From: Lama guanicoe
Taxonomy: Eukaryota
Direction: 5' to 3'
Assembly (NCBI GenBank): GCA_013239625.1
Contig: MU054187.1
Span: forward strand, 5,963,757 to 6,027,756
DNA length: 64,000 bases
Within the stretch, counting starts at the first letter, position 1, and each line of letters begins with the position of its first letter. The position numbers and the translations under genes are program-made. Shown here one piece after another: positions 41,470-54,384 of this stretch. Under the pieces are notes generated by a model. The model saw nothing but the letters and a program-made list of their open reading frames with translations, did not search any database and was not told where the DNA came from.

Positions 41470-42736
41470 CACTCCGGGGTTCCCACCGCCGAAGGGACTC
41501 CAGCCGGCGGGGACCGGGCGTCCAGGGCCCCGGCTCCGCACCCATTTTGCTTGGTGGAAGGGCGGCGGGCAGGGACAGAGACGGCCGCGACCAGACAATG
41601 TCCTGCATTCACGGCCGCCTCGGCCAATCACAGGCCGGCGCCTCCCGGCCCCGCGCGGCGCCACCGGCCACGGCCCGGGCCGGGGGAAAACCTGGCCTCC
41701 GGGCGGCCATCTGCGGCCATCCCGGGCCGGGCGCATCGCACTCCAACGGCGCCCCGCCCGGAGCAGGGGGCCCGGGGCGTTGGGGCCGCGGCGCCCCGCC
41801 GGGGCAGGGGTCGCGCACGGAGGGCAGGACGCACCGCCCCCTCCGGCTCGAACACGGCGCTGTCCCTTTAAGGCGAGCCTCCTCCCGGGCCCGGGAGCGC
41901 GTCGGCGGCCCCGCCGCGGGGGGCAGCGACATCCGGGCTACCGGGCTGGTGACGACGATGGCCCCTCGGGCAGCTCCCCGTCTCTGCGGGACGCCCGGCT
42001 GGCCGCGGCCGGGGGGTGCAGCCGGGGCGTAAGGGGGACCTTCGGCGCCACGTGAGCCCCAGCTCGGGGCGCCCCGCCGCCGCCCACCCCCTTCTCCACC
42101 TCGCGGTCGCCGGGCCCCGGACGCGAGGACCCGGCACGCGGGTCACGGACGCTTCGCCCTCGGGGCCGCGCCGCGCGCGCCCCCGTCGGGCCCGCCCCAC
42201 CTCCTGCGCGTGCACGGGGCGGGGCGCCGAGGAGACAGCCAATCAGCGCCGGCCAGCCCGGGACCGCCTCTGAAATCCTCGCGGGGGGCGGCGCGGGAGG
42301 CAGAACTTCGTGGGGGGCGCGGCGCCGGCAGGCGGGCGGGGGAAGCGTGAGTGCCGTGCGGCTGGGAAGCCGGGCACCGGGCCGGCCGGCTCCGACTCAG
42401 AAGCTCCGCGGAAGTGAAAGGGCGGGAGCGGCGGGGAGGGGCGCGGGCGGCGCGCGAGGACCGGCGCGGGAGGGCAGGCGGGAGGAGGGGGAGGCGNNNN
42501 NNNNNNNNNNNNNNNNNNNNNNNNNNNNNNNNNNNNNNNNNNNNNNNNNNNNNNNNNNNNNNNNNNNNNNNNNNNNNNNNNNNNNNNNNNNNNNNNNNNN
42601 NNNNNNNNNNNNNNNNNNNNNNNNNNNNNNNNNNNNNNNNNNNNNNNNNNNNNNNNNNNNNNNNNNNNNNNNNNNNNNNNNNNNNNNNNNNNNNNNNNNN
42701 NNNNNNNNNNNNNNNNNNNNNNNNNNNNGCGCCGAG
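41470..42736. promoter_or_regulatory. CpG island / promoter-like region
   Basis: Very high GC and CpG density; CCAAT boxes at 41624 and 42239, GC boxes at 42191 and 42216, E-box CACGTG at 42049, ETS CGGAAGTG at 42409. Confidence 0.9.
42497..42728. other. Assembly gap (232 N)
   Basis: Run of n inside the CpG island. Confidence 1.
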
Positions 42737-43299
42737 TTAATAAGCGTAAAGCCAGAATCTGTCAGGGTTTATTTATGCAGCACAGAGAACTTACAGAAGT
42801 TGTGTACTTACTAGTGAGATATGTTCTAAGATTTTCCTCTGCTCGAGTTTTTGTTTTAGAAAAAGTGGTTACCTATTTTTAATATCCGATAATTTCTATT
42901 AAAATTCAAAGTTGATCACTTAATATTTTAACGTGAGACTTAGGGGGAAAGGAACAAAAGGTATTTAAAAAGTAATGTTCATTTCTGTGATATCGTCTAC
43001 GGAAAATTTGAGAAAGAATATGTTTCGGCAGTCGGATACACTGAGTTAATTTTTAGGGTAGAGTAGGGGGTGTGTTGGCTGGGAGGTCAAGACTCACTGC
43101 TGGGTGATCTGGACAAACCCGTACCCAAAAGTCTCATCTTCCTCACCTGCAAAATGAAAGCAGTGACCTCCTCCACTGATCTCGCAGTAAGTCACATTGT
43201 GATCCAATGTATATTTGAAGAAAAGTGAAATATAAGCATTATTCAGTCTCACGGGTCGGATTCCCTGGGAACCTGGTCGGGGCCACCTTCTCCTCTGGA

Positions 43300-43960
43300 T
43301 GGCCTCGTTCACTCGCAGAGCGTCGTCCTGCTCCCAGGATCACTCTGTCCTGAGGTCCAGACATAGTTCACTTGAGTGTCACAGAAATCTCGTCACGTGT
43401 GTGTCCTAAACGGAGCTCCTCACCTCCCCTCCAAACTTCCCGTGTTTCCCATCTCAGCAACTGCATCACTACAGCTGGGTCATCCGCCCGTCACCCCACT
43501 CTCCAGGCAGTAAGCCCCACGGTCCGTGTTACTTCCGTGCTTCTGTCTGTGCCACTCCTGCCGTGCTCTGGCTCTGACTTCCTCAGTGCAGGCCACCGGC
43601 GTCCTGTACCTGGATTACCGTAGTTTCTGGCTCACTTAGTCTTTCGGCCTCGGGTTTTGCCCCTCCCCCATCTCAGCATTGCAACCAGATAGATATTTTT
43701 TTGTAAAGTAAATCCATCGCGTTACTCTCGTTTAAAATTTTTTAGGGGATGTCTGTTGCTCTCAGGATAGTCCTGTCGCCTTAAATTCGCTTTATAAGGC
43801 TCTCCCAGCCCTGTCTCCTGCTGGTCCTTTACCCCGGCCCCTCCTCCCAGCCGTCCCAGCTCCAGTCCACCTGAGCTGCTTCCTCTCCGAACGCGCCCAG
43901 TCCTCTCTAGCTTCCGCACCACTCCCGGGTCTCCTCTGTTCCGAGGTGACTTCCTTCCCT
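43300..43960 (+). mobile_element. L2 fragment
   Basis: tccagacatag...ttcccatctcagcaactgcatcact...gttactctcgtttaaaatt, L2-like. Confidence 0.55.
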
Positions 43961-46140
43961 TCCCTCACCTCCTTCCCCACTGAGAATTAGGGGCGCCCCT
44001 TGCCTTCCTTCCGCTGCAGCGAACCCCAGCCCTGCGCTGCGGTCGCCCTTGGTCCTGCCCTTCAGAGCGGGGGCTGCACGCCGCTGCACGCTGTTCCCAG
44101 TTCCCAGGGGGATCCTGGCAACGCTGGCCACAGCCTCCTAACCCTTTCAGAACACACTGAGAATACACTGCGCGGGAACCGGCAGCCTTAGGTATCTGCT
44201 GATGGGTGTATTTCGGTTTTGAATGTGTTTTTCAGTTTTGAATTCCTCTCCTCTTAGTTACAAGCTTCTCTGTAAGAATACCATTTATTAAAAAACATAA
44301 ATTTTACTTAAACCCAGGTGAGGTTTTTGTCACAATTAACTATTTATCTCTTTTAGCAAAAGTTGTATAGTTTGTGAAGTGAAATTCTGGACCAGTGGCT
44401 ACTGTTTAATGCAAATGGGCGGAAATATTCATTTTACGCGCAGACTCTGAAACTTTAAAACGGAGCTGAAAATAATGCCCAGATAATGATTGAAGGAAGG
44501 TGTGGATGGAAAGAGGACTGAGCTAAGACTTCCGGTTCCTTGTTTATTATTGATTTTTAGGATAGCAATTATCCATCTGTTAAGAAATTGCTCCGATATT
44601 GACTTTTTAAAAAAAAATCCTGACACACGTAGTATTTTTCTTTTGTTTACATGAGATGTCGGTGTAACAAATTGAAATTTTCATTTTCCTTTTGCCCACT
44701 TAGAGCTAGCAATGCTAACGTGTGTACATTTAGATCTGTAGTATTTCTAAACACCGCCCTGCTACACATTTTCCAATAAAGTTAAACAAGAATTCTTTGT
44801 TGAGAGATGTAATATTTGGAGGGGAGGATAAGGGAATAAATCTTAACTACTACAAATTGTTTCCCTTCAGCCTTACTCTGAAGGGGACCCTTGTTGGTTT
44901 TCTCATTACTGTACAACTAGCCTGTTGACTTGGTTACACTTAGGTGGAAGGGAGTAGCATTTAGTAAGAAACAAAAATTTTTAAAAAGAAGAGAGGGTAA
45001 GTTTGTTCCTTTAGGAAAATAAGCATAAATAAATAAGATTATATAAAAGTAAAGGCAAGTAATGTATTTCAAGTATTTAAAGCAGAAAACTATTCATTAT
45101 AACCATGTACTGTTTCTACAGAAAAGTACTCTCTCAGCATGCATCATCTCTGTTTACAGGACATGCCAAATGATTGTTAAAAACAAGTGATAAGGGAAAA
45201 AGAGATGCTGGAGAAATGGCTTCTCTTGTCTATGTAGGCTTGGATAATTTTGAGTTTAGAAAACACTATAGACACTGATTTGGTTGAAAAAAATCCTGTA
45301 ATTTTACTTTACTTACATTTTCACTAACGGTGTTTTCCAATCTTTAAATCTTTTAAAAAATTTTATTTCCAAACTGTGGAATAATGAAGGATTTTTTAGA
45401 AGTGTTTACAGTGAAATTTTTTTTTAAACAGCTACTTTTATGATCAGATCTACAGTGACATACATTTCAGCCTTATTTAAGCCTGTCAAACCTGATTAGG
45501 TGACCACTTGAGAGAAACACACTGAAGATGAGATCTGAGATTGCCATTTGCTACATTTGTTGATTTTAGCAGAGATTTCCAGTTTATTGGGCATCGAAAA
45601 TAAACTGTCAGCCTAGTAGAGATACGCAAATGGTGATGACAAGTACCTAGTACAGTGGAAAGAAGGTGGGGCTTGGAATTAAAAGACCTCAGGACTAAGT
45701 CAGATAATTTTATACCTTCTGCAAGTTAGGTCTGAGACTTAGCTTCCACGTTTATAAGTTGGGAAACTGTACTATGTTGACCACCTCGCAGTGCTGATGT
45801 GAGGACGAGGGTGATGTGTGTATCCTGTCGGCCTGGAAACAGTGGACAAGTAGTAGTCACTGGTGCTACTTACTGTTCTGCGTGTGCTGCTCTGGACTTG
45901 GAGACATTTGGTTCCATGAAAATCATAAAAACATATATATTTTTATATAAATATAAATTGTATACATATGTCTAAGAAGGAAATAAATTACTTTTTAATA
46001 AACTCTAGCTCCCTAAGGAGGATTCATATATATTTGCATTTGTTCATGAGTAACAGCTGATATTAGAGACAATTGGGGTACTCTAGATAAAAAATAGTCA
46101 TTGTGGTAGGTGTACAGAGGATTCTGGTGCAGTCTAGATT

Positions 46141-46342
46141 ATTTTTTTAATTTTTATTGACGTGTCGATTTACAATGTCAGTTTCTGGTGCACAGCAAAA
46201 TGATTCAGTTATACATATACATACATACATATATATTTTTTCTTTTTGGATTCTTTTCCATTATATGTTATTACAAGAGATTGAATATAGTTCCCTGTGC
46301 TGTACAGTAGGTCCTTGTTTGTCTATTATATATGCAGTGATA
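46141..46342 (-). mobile_element. Young 5'-truncated L1 3' end (artiodactyl type)
   Basis: tttttattga...tacaatgt...ttattacaagagattgaatatagttccctgtgctgtacagtaggtcc; TSD CAGTCTAGATT at 46130 and 46343. Confidence 0.85.
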
Positions 46343-47529
46343 CAGTCTAGATTTTGTTATATCCATGAAGTATACAAGAGCAAGATGATGTGTGTATGTG
46401 AAACTAATAAACATGGATAAAGAAAAATATTTAATGAAGTATATCTCGTTCAGTGCTCACTGTCAAAGGTTAAAAGAAGATGTTCTTCAGTGACGATGTT
46501 CATTGGTTGTTACTGACCCATGACAAATCTGAAGGATAAAGTGCCAAAGAGGCAACAAAAGCACTGCCGTTATCCTTGACTCCTTTACCCAAGATTGAAA
46601 TATTTGGGGGCCAGCGGTTAGTCACTCCTCCCAGGTCTGACTGAGAACTTACTATGTGCGGAAAGCTAGAGCGCACAAAGGATGGATGGTAAAATAAGTA
46701 CAAGATGCATTTTCTCTCCAGGAAGAGTTCTCAGAAAGGAAAGAGAGAAAGCCCTGAGACATTCGGGAGTAAGTCTACATCCTCCAAGAGGGAAGGATGC
46801 TGGCTGGGCAATTCCCCAACTCTGCTGCTCTCTGCAGCTTCCAGCCGACCCCACCAGCAAGCAGAGGAGGCGCGTCCTGCCTGAACACATCACTCTCACC
46901 CTACACTGTTCTACCCTGTGTCTCATTCTCTTGGGTCCTAAAATTTCCCATTTTCTAAAGTTGCCCGTTATAATATAAATCTCCCTGAGAGGGGTGGAAA
47001 TGCACTAGAAACTAACACTGAAATAACCTTTATCCTGCTTGGCAGAGATTGTTTTTATCCTGCTGGGACCAAAATGGGGAACAAGATGGATGGATGAGAG
47101 GAGAACAGCAGAGGTGGAAAGGAAGAGAGAGGACCCAGGGAGCTGGGGCCCAGAAGCGCCCGGACAGCTTGGCCCGGGACAGCTCCCCAGCTCCGCTTCT
47201 GTGCAGGTGTGGTGTCATGCCCTGCGGTTCCAGCCCCTGCCCTCCGGCTTCCAGGGGCTCTGCGTCTGCCTGACCCACAGTCCTTGTCTCTTAGAGGATT
47301 CGGCTGGACTCAGCTCCACAGTAAACACGGTACTAGAAGAAAACATAATCTAAAGGGCAGAAGACCTGGATTCTTTGTGACTTTGAGCCATTCAGACCTT
47401 CTGCAGACTTCACTTTCCACATTTGTAAAAGGAGAGAGTGGGTGACATTCCTATCTGGCTCTGAGTTTCTCCCTTTCCCTGCTTACTTCTCTCGCAGCTC
47501 TTTTTTTTTTTTTTTAACTATAATTAAGC

Positions 47530-48015
47530 CTCTACCACAGGTGGTAAAAAATGTGGCAACTCTCAAAAGGTGGAAACAATCCAAACACCCATGAATGAAT
47601 GGATAAACCAAATGTGGTCTATACATTTGATGGAATATTATTCAGCCTTAAAAAGTAAGGAAATTCTGACCCGTGCTATAACACAGATGAAACTTCAGGA
47701 CGTTCTGCTGAGTGAAATAAGCCAGATATAAAAGAACAACTCCTGGACGATCCCACTGACATGAGATACCTACAGTCATCAAGCTCCTAGAGGCAGAAAG
47801 TAGAATAGAGGTCACGGGGGGGGGGCAGCGAAGACATGGGGAGTTATTGTTTAATGGGTGTAGAGTTTTAGTTCAGGATGGTGAGAAAGTTCTAGATGGA
47901 CAGTGGTGATAGTTTCACAGTAATGTGAATATAATTAGTCACTGAACGTACACTTAAAAGTGGTTAAATGGTACTTTTAAAATTATGTATCTTTTACCAC
48001 AAAAATATTTTAAAC
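47530..48015 (+). mobile_element. L1MB-like 3' end
   Basis: aaaaggtggaaacaatccaaa...ggaatattattcagccttaaaaag...tacacttaaaagtggttaa. Confidence 0.9.
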
Positions 48016-48701
48016 AAACAAACCTGGAGGTTCACAGTGGGAAGCTGGCTGAAGACCCATTTGTGTGACCTGCCTGGTGCCTTGCACCTGACTTTTCTGT
48101 GTGGCTGTTTGAGTTTTGACGGAATCTCAGTCGCCCCCCGCATGACAGGACCCCCCCACTGGAGCCCTCCCCAGGGGGCACTGCTCCCTCTCCATCAACA
48201 GACAGACCTCTCCTGGACCTGACCTGGTATCTGCTTTCCCCCAGCTCTTCCCAAGTGGAACCCTGTGCTGCGGCCTCCGCACCCTCGGGAACCGTCTGGA
48301 GTCGGGCTCGCCCGGGTTCACTGAGGACGCTGCCCCGACTGCCCCGCTTCTCAAGTGCGTCCGTGAGTAGCCTGTCTCCATAGCCTCCATCCTCTCCCGT
48401 GACTGATTTTCTGACGCCTGCTCTTCAGCCTCCTGCAGCCCTCACCCCCTCGGCGTCTCCCCCAGTACCCACTGCCTTTCAGGGGTGTCATGCAATAGCT
48501 GGGTACACTGGGACCACTGCACATCGGCTGATTGTCCACACCCCCAACGGAGCCCAAGGTGAAGTCCGCCAGGACTTCCTCCCACACTCTTGAAAACCGC
48601 TCTCTTTCAGTCTCATTGCATTTCACTTTAGGCCTCTGCGCATGCGTGTCCTGGGGCCCTGTTTGGTCACGTTTCAGCCTTCTTCTGCCTGAATATACCT
48701 C

Positions 48702-48910
48702 TTTTTTTTTAATTCTTGTTTTTTATTGAAGTGTAGTTGATTTTCACTGTTACTTTCAGGTGTACAGCAAAGCGATTCAGTTACACATATACACACGTGT
48801 ATATATATTTTCAGATTCTTTTCCATTACAACTCATTACAAGAAATTGAATATAGGTCCCTGTGCTATACACTAGGTCCTTGTTGTTTATCTGTTTTATA
48901 TATAGTAATG
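48702..48910 (-). mobile_element. Young 5'-truncated L1 3' end (artiodactyl type)
   Basis: ttttattgaagtgtagttgattt...caggtgtacagcaaagcgattcag...ccctgtgctatac; TSD GAA(T/C)A(T/C)ACCTC at 48691 and 48911. Confidence 0.85.
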
Positions 48911-49751
48911 GAACACACCTCATTTTTAACTGCTCTTTTGCCGCCGTCCACAAGTTTCTGCACCAGCAGATCCCAATGCCTAGCACCCTGCCTCCCTCTT
49001 CTCTGTGTGACAAACTCCTGTTTGTTCAGGGCTCAGCTGGGACCTCATCTCTGAGAAAGCAGTTGCTGGCCCCTCCCTCTGGCGACAGGAGGAGCGTGTG
49101 TGCCCACAGTACCCTCTGCCTGGTCCTCCCCAGATGTGAGCCTCGCCAGGGCAGGGCCCGTGGCTTCTTCCTAATGGCATCCTCGGAGTCCGATACGGGT
49201 CCCCCACAATCAAATTATTGAATAAGTCACTGAATATACTTTTAAGAACACATTGTTGTGGTGCTGTTCTAATTGATGACAATTTTGCTTATAATTTTAT
49301 TTCTGTAATTTTATTATATTCTGATAAATATCAAGTCATGACCTTTCATGTTTCCTTTTTTTTAACCAATGACTAGTTAATGTTAACACTCAGTATATCA
49401 GTTAGAATTAGGTTTGAAAATCCCCAGATAACAGTAGCATGAACAGAAATTTTATCCCAATTCTGCATGAATTCAGCTCGTGTTGGGCTGATCTGTGTCT
49501 CACTCCAAATCTTCAGGGATCAGTTCTTCTGAGGCTGTGCCATTGTCTCTGGGCTCCGAAATGGAGGCTAGATTGGAATTCCAGGCAGCAGAGTGGAGAA
49601 AAGAATCAGGGGAGGGTGCAGGGCATACACCAACCGTCTTTCTGGAGGCGCCTCACAAGCTCACACCCGACGTTCTTTCTTATACACGTTGGGCCGGCTT
49701 AAGCACACATAGCTAGCTGCAAGAGAGGCTGAGATACACAGTCTTTATCTT

Positions 49752-49878
49752 TTTGTTCTGTTTTGGGAGGGAGGGAATTAGGTTTATTTATTTACTTTTA
49801 TTGGAGGCACTGGGGATTGAACCCAGGAGCTCGTGCATGCTAAGCACATGCTTGACCACTGGGCTGTCCCCTCCCCCC
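49752..49878 (-). mobile_element. tRNA-derived SINE (Vic-1-like)
   Basis: Reverse complement of the family sequence; TSD ACACAGTCTTTATCTT at 49736 and 49879. Confidence 0.9.
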
Positions 49879-50281
49879 ACACAGTCTTTATCTTGAGCAG
49901 CCGTGTACCCAGCTAAAAATCCCATTGGCATGGAAGAAGGTGGGCAATGAATATTGGGAGACAAAAAGAGAAGTCAGCCACACCAGAGTTTCAAAAACAC
50001 AGAAATATGTCAGTACCATAATCCAGATGAATCTAGATTTCAGATATACTCTTCCCAGCTCTTAATCTCCTTTGTGGAAAGGTCGTGACATTTAGACTCA
50101 GGAGTTTTTACAAGAAGTAAATCATTAGATGTCTGGATTTTTTCCCTATTACCAAGTAATGAAAGGAAGGGGTGCTCCCACCTTGTCCTCAGACTGAGGT
50201 TCAGGGATGGGGTGAAGGGGGTGTGGAGGTGAGGGGTGTCAGCAGAGGCAGCGCTCAGCAGGAACAATGGCAGGGTTTCCC

Positions 50282-50428
50282 TTTTTTTTTTTTTAATTCT
50301 GTTTTCTTTTTCTTTTTGGGGGTGGGGTAATTAGGTTTGTTTGTTTTTTCAGTGGAGGTGCTGAGGACTGAACCCAGGACCTAACGCGTGTTGAGCATGT
50401 GCTCTGTCACTGAGCTGTACCCTTTCCC
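50282..50428 (-). mobile_element. tRNA-derived SINE (Vic-1-like)
   Basis: Poly-T tail, gtaattaggttt, gaacccaggac, tgagctgtaccct. Confidence 0.85.
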
Positions 50429-51379
50429 TTGGATTTCACGTTTTAACACAGCTGGTCTGACCCCTGAGTCTCACCGGCTGGATTTGCTTTGTTCTGGGTT
50501 TTTTCTGGCCTCCCGGGGAATGTTCCCAGCCTTTCCCTCCGTCGGCACCTGCAGTTCCACCCCAGGAAGCTGGGGGTCTCTATTCCACCACGGGCCACTG
50601 TGGACGCCCTTCTCCAGTCACCCAAGGGGAGGTGTCATCAAAGGCAGCAGAGTGCAGAGCGCCTGCCGGGGACCCCAGTCGGGACCACAAACCTGCTCTT
50701 GCTAGTAACCAGCCTTGTCACCCTCCACCACCAGCCCAGATGGCAAGCCCTTGGCTCACCTGTTTTATTCTCTTTCATTCTCATCCTCGGGCTTCTCCCT
50801 TCTCCATTGGACCTTTCTTCCTTCCATTATTTTTGCTCCCTCCCAGTCCCCTCCAATGTCCTTGGAAACCCGGATTCCTCTCACAGCTCAGTCCTAACTC
50901 ACTGTGAATCACCTTCCCTGAATCTCTCACCTCACGGCAGGGCTGCCCCCAACCCACTTCCTTAGCTGCTCCTGGCTCAGCATCCTCCATGGCTCCCTCC
51001 CTCCCTGAAGGCTCCTTCCTCTCCTCCTGCAGACTTTCGAGAGCTCCCCTCCTTTGAGAAAGGGCTCCCTTGTCTTTGCTGCTCTGTCCCATTCTTTTGC
51101 CACCAAATAAGGAAATACACAGTCTCCACTCTTCCCATTGTTCAATCACTACTTCTAACTCAATTCCCTGTTGGTTGGCTGGCATAAGACACAGCTTTGA
51201 CGTCATCAGTGACCTCCAAATTACCTAATCCGATGAAGGCACCAGATTCCTTGATTATAACATGACACTGTTGTCATCGCCCTTCCATCAAAACTTTCTC
51301 TTGCCTTCCACCACATGACATACTCTGGTTCTTTTCTTACCTTTTCTGACCGTTCTGATCAGTAAGAAGACAACAATGC

Positions 51380-51620
51380 TCACAGCCAATGTTTGATGGG
51401 CTCTTATTTTGGTGTCAGGCAGAATATAAGGTACTTTCTCCACATCATTTCCTTGAACCCTTGCATTAACTCTGTGAGGGAGATGCAGTTACTATCCCCA
51501 CTTTACAGGTAAGGAAACTGAGGCTTGTAGGCGTCCAGAGGTCAATGATGTGCTCCCGATGACACAGCTTGTAAGAGTTAGTGCCAAACTCAAACCCAGG
51601 CCAGGAGAGCGCATTGCTTC
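51380..51620 (-). mobile_element. MIR
   Basis: atccccactttacaggtaaggaaactgaggc...ctcaaacccagg. Confidence 0.75.
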
Positions 51621-51774
51621 TACCCCACCTGCTGTTCCTGTTTTCCTGATTTCACCTTAAATATAAGACTTTCCAGGACCCTCTCGTCTGGGCTACCTGC
51701 TTCCCTGTCTATAGACATTCACTTTTACAAGGAAGTGTTTCACTTCCGGGGAGGGAACACCCTCCTTTCTTTAT

Positions 51775-52565
51775 TTATTTTTAGCCTCTTTATTATGGAA
51801 CATTTAAACAGACAACGATGAGAGAATTGCGTAATGACCCCCTCCCCTGCCCCCAGGTTCCATCACCCAAGCCCAGCGTCATCCATGTACAGCACTCTTG
51901 TTTCATCTGTATCCACCGTACCCCAGCTCACCCCCACTGGCTTATTTTGAAGCAAATCTCAGAAATTGTATAGTTTATCTGTAAATATTCCAGTGTATTT
52001 TTAAAAATATAAGAACAAAAAAAGCCTTAACTACAAAACCATTTATATGTCTAAAAATGAAAAATAAAGTAAAATAAAATGAAAAAGAACCCCTTAATAT
52101 CAGCAAATATCCAATCAGATCAGATTTTCTCAATTGTCTCATACTTTTTTTAAAGAGTTGGTTTGTGCAGATTAGAAACAAAATGAGGTCCACACAATGC
52201 ACTTTTTAAATAGCTCTTAATCTTTTGACTCCCCTTTTCTTTTTTATCCTCCCTGCAAGTTAGTTGTAGGAGAAAAACACCAGCTCATTTGTGCTCAATT
52301 TCCACATTCTGGATTTTGCTGATCCCATCCGCATGGCGGTGTTTCGCACATTGGTCCCTCCGCGCACCCAAATTTCCAGTGAACTGTAGTCAGGTCCAGA
52401 GCTGTGATGTGATCCAAGTTCATCTGGGCAAGACGATCCCGTCAGGAATCTCGTGTATTTAGAGAGCTTCCGAGTCTGTGGCCGGATTCGTTCCCGGATC
52501 TTCAGCTGACTGTTAGATCCGTTCGCTAGGATATGTTGCCATTGTCTCAAAATCACCATGTAGGA
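51775..52565 (-). mobile_element. Old L1 (L1MC-like) 3' fragments
   Basis: ttattttgaagcaaatctcaga...ttatctgtaaatattccagtgt...ttccacattctggattttgctgat. Confidence 0.65.
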
Positions 52566-52804
52566 TAAACAAATTTCTCTTCCACCACACACGCTCCCCC
52601 TCTGGATCCCGTCTCTGTTTCTGCCGTTTCTCCTTTTAAATGACTTGGGGTCCGGGTCTCAGGGCCGTTCTCCACATTTGCCCGGCTTCCATACTCAGTC
52701 ACGAAGACCTGCCATTCTTTCTGTATAGGGTGTTACCATCCTTCCCTTTTGATTCTCACACCCATTTCCCTCTCTCTTCTGGGCTAGCCCTGGTACAAGC
52801 TTCA

Positions 52805-52945
52805 TTATTTTTGTTTTGTTTTGTTTGCGTTTGTGTGTGTGTGTTTGGGAGGGAGGTAACTAGGTTTATTTATTTATGTATTTTTTAATGAAGGTACTGG
52901 GGATCGAACCTTTGACCTTGTACCTACTAAGCATGCACTCTTAAC
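52805..52945 (-). mobile_element. tRNA-derived SINE (Vic-1-like) with damaged 5' end
   Basis: ggtaactaggtttatt...gtactggggatcgaacc...taagcatgcactct. Confidence 0.8.
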
Positions 52946-54384
52946 CTAACCACCCCCCCCAAAAAAAAAAAAGATTTAAAAGTATTACAATACCCTCCCA
53001 CCATCGGTCTCTTTTTCCCCAGTTCCACTCCACAAACTGCCACTGGATTAACTAGTTCTACCTTCTATGCCCCCTCTTATGTACATGGTGCTCACAAACC
53101 TTCAGTGGCTACCCGCTACTTACGGAGTTGTCTGAACTACCGAGAGGACCCCACGCAAGCTGGTCCCCGCGTACATTTCCAGTTTCCCCCACACAGTTCA
53201 CCTTGCTCAGCACTAGAGGTTTTTCTGCAGTTGTGAAAACCAACTGACTTGAAGATGTGGAGACCAAGGTCATCTCTGACATCCTCTTTTAGTGTTGAAT
53301 ATTGGAGAGTCAAATGAACAATTACTAAAGCACTGGAAAAAGGCAAAGCTTCTCCCTGCGGATAAACCTGGATTTGTCTCAAGGGACCTCTGTGGCCCCA
53401 CACTAGGGAAAAGGCCAAGTTGCCTGCCACCCTGGCAAAATACTGCTTCTTGGCTTTCTCAGCTTTCCTGGTAGGATGTTTGCACTTGTGTTTGTCTCGT
53501 CCTAAAATACATGCCTGGCCATCTACGAGGAATATAGAACGCCAGCCCCCAAGGTTCTGCCCTCTTGCCACCTGCTCTATGGCTCTATTTACAAGCCAAA
53601 CACACCAACACCCAACAACACAAAGAACTCCCAGCTGAGAGAGGGATGCTCAGGGAGGAGTCTCTAGGAGACTTGATATCCATCACTCTTCCAAGAACTT
53701 TGTTGAAGTAGACCAGTGAAACCCTGAATCCTAGATGACCTTGGATGACCTTCAACCAGGATGCCTTTGAAGTTACTACTTCCTATGAGAGTTCCCATGT
53801 GACACTTCCTTGTCAAATTTGGCAGAATGAACTGGTACTCAAAGAGCTGGTAAGCCATCCTTCTTTCCATGGGAAAGGCTGCATATTTATGGTTTCCCTT
53901 TTCACCCTGGCCATCAGGAGGCTCAGATACAATTGCAAAGCTCCGTAACTGCTTAATCCTTTTGGTTAGAAAAATTTTTTTTTAAATTTTCTCTGAGGTC
54001 CTAATTTCAATTCTATTTTTCCTTTAATAATTTTGTGCTGTTATTGATCTTACAAGCTTCTTAAAATGCATTTTGGAATGAGCCGATGTGTACATTAAGC
54101 AAATAAAATACTACTACATTCTTCCACCCAGGCAAAGGTCAATAGATTTACCACATGCAACTCCAAGTTTGCTTATTCTGTGCCTCCTAGTTGGAACACT
54201 ATCCCACCCTACTGTCCTGCCACCACCCCTCTTCCCAGAGCCTACCCATCCTGGATATCTCAGTTCAAACGTCCCCTCCTCCTCTATGAACTGTCCTGCC
54301 TGCTGCAGCCTAGAGCAGACTCCCCTTCCTTTGACAGCCTTTCATGTTTGTACACTATTCACTCACCACTTCCCATGCACAGCC

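Noticed and set aside
41470..42736. Calling the island the CHD7 promoter/exon 1
   Set aside because: No CHD7 5' UTR or coding sequence recognised; cannot be fully excluded because of the gap
41380..42814. Long overlapping ORFs (up to 211 aa) in the GC-rich region
   Set aside because: Arg/Gly/Pro/Ala-rich stop-poor artefacts of a CpG island; two run through N
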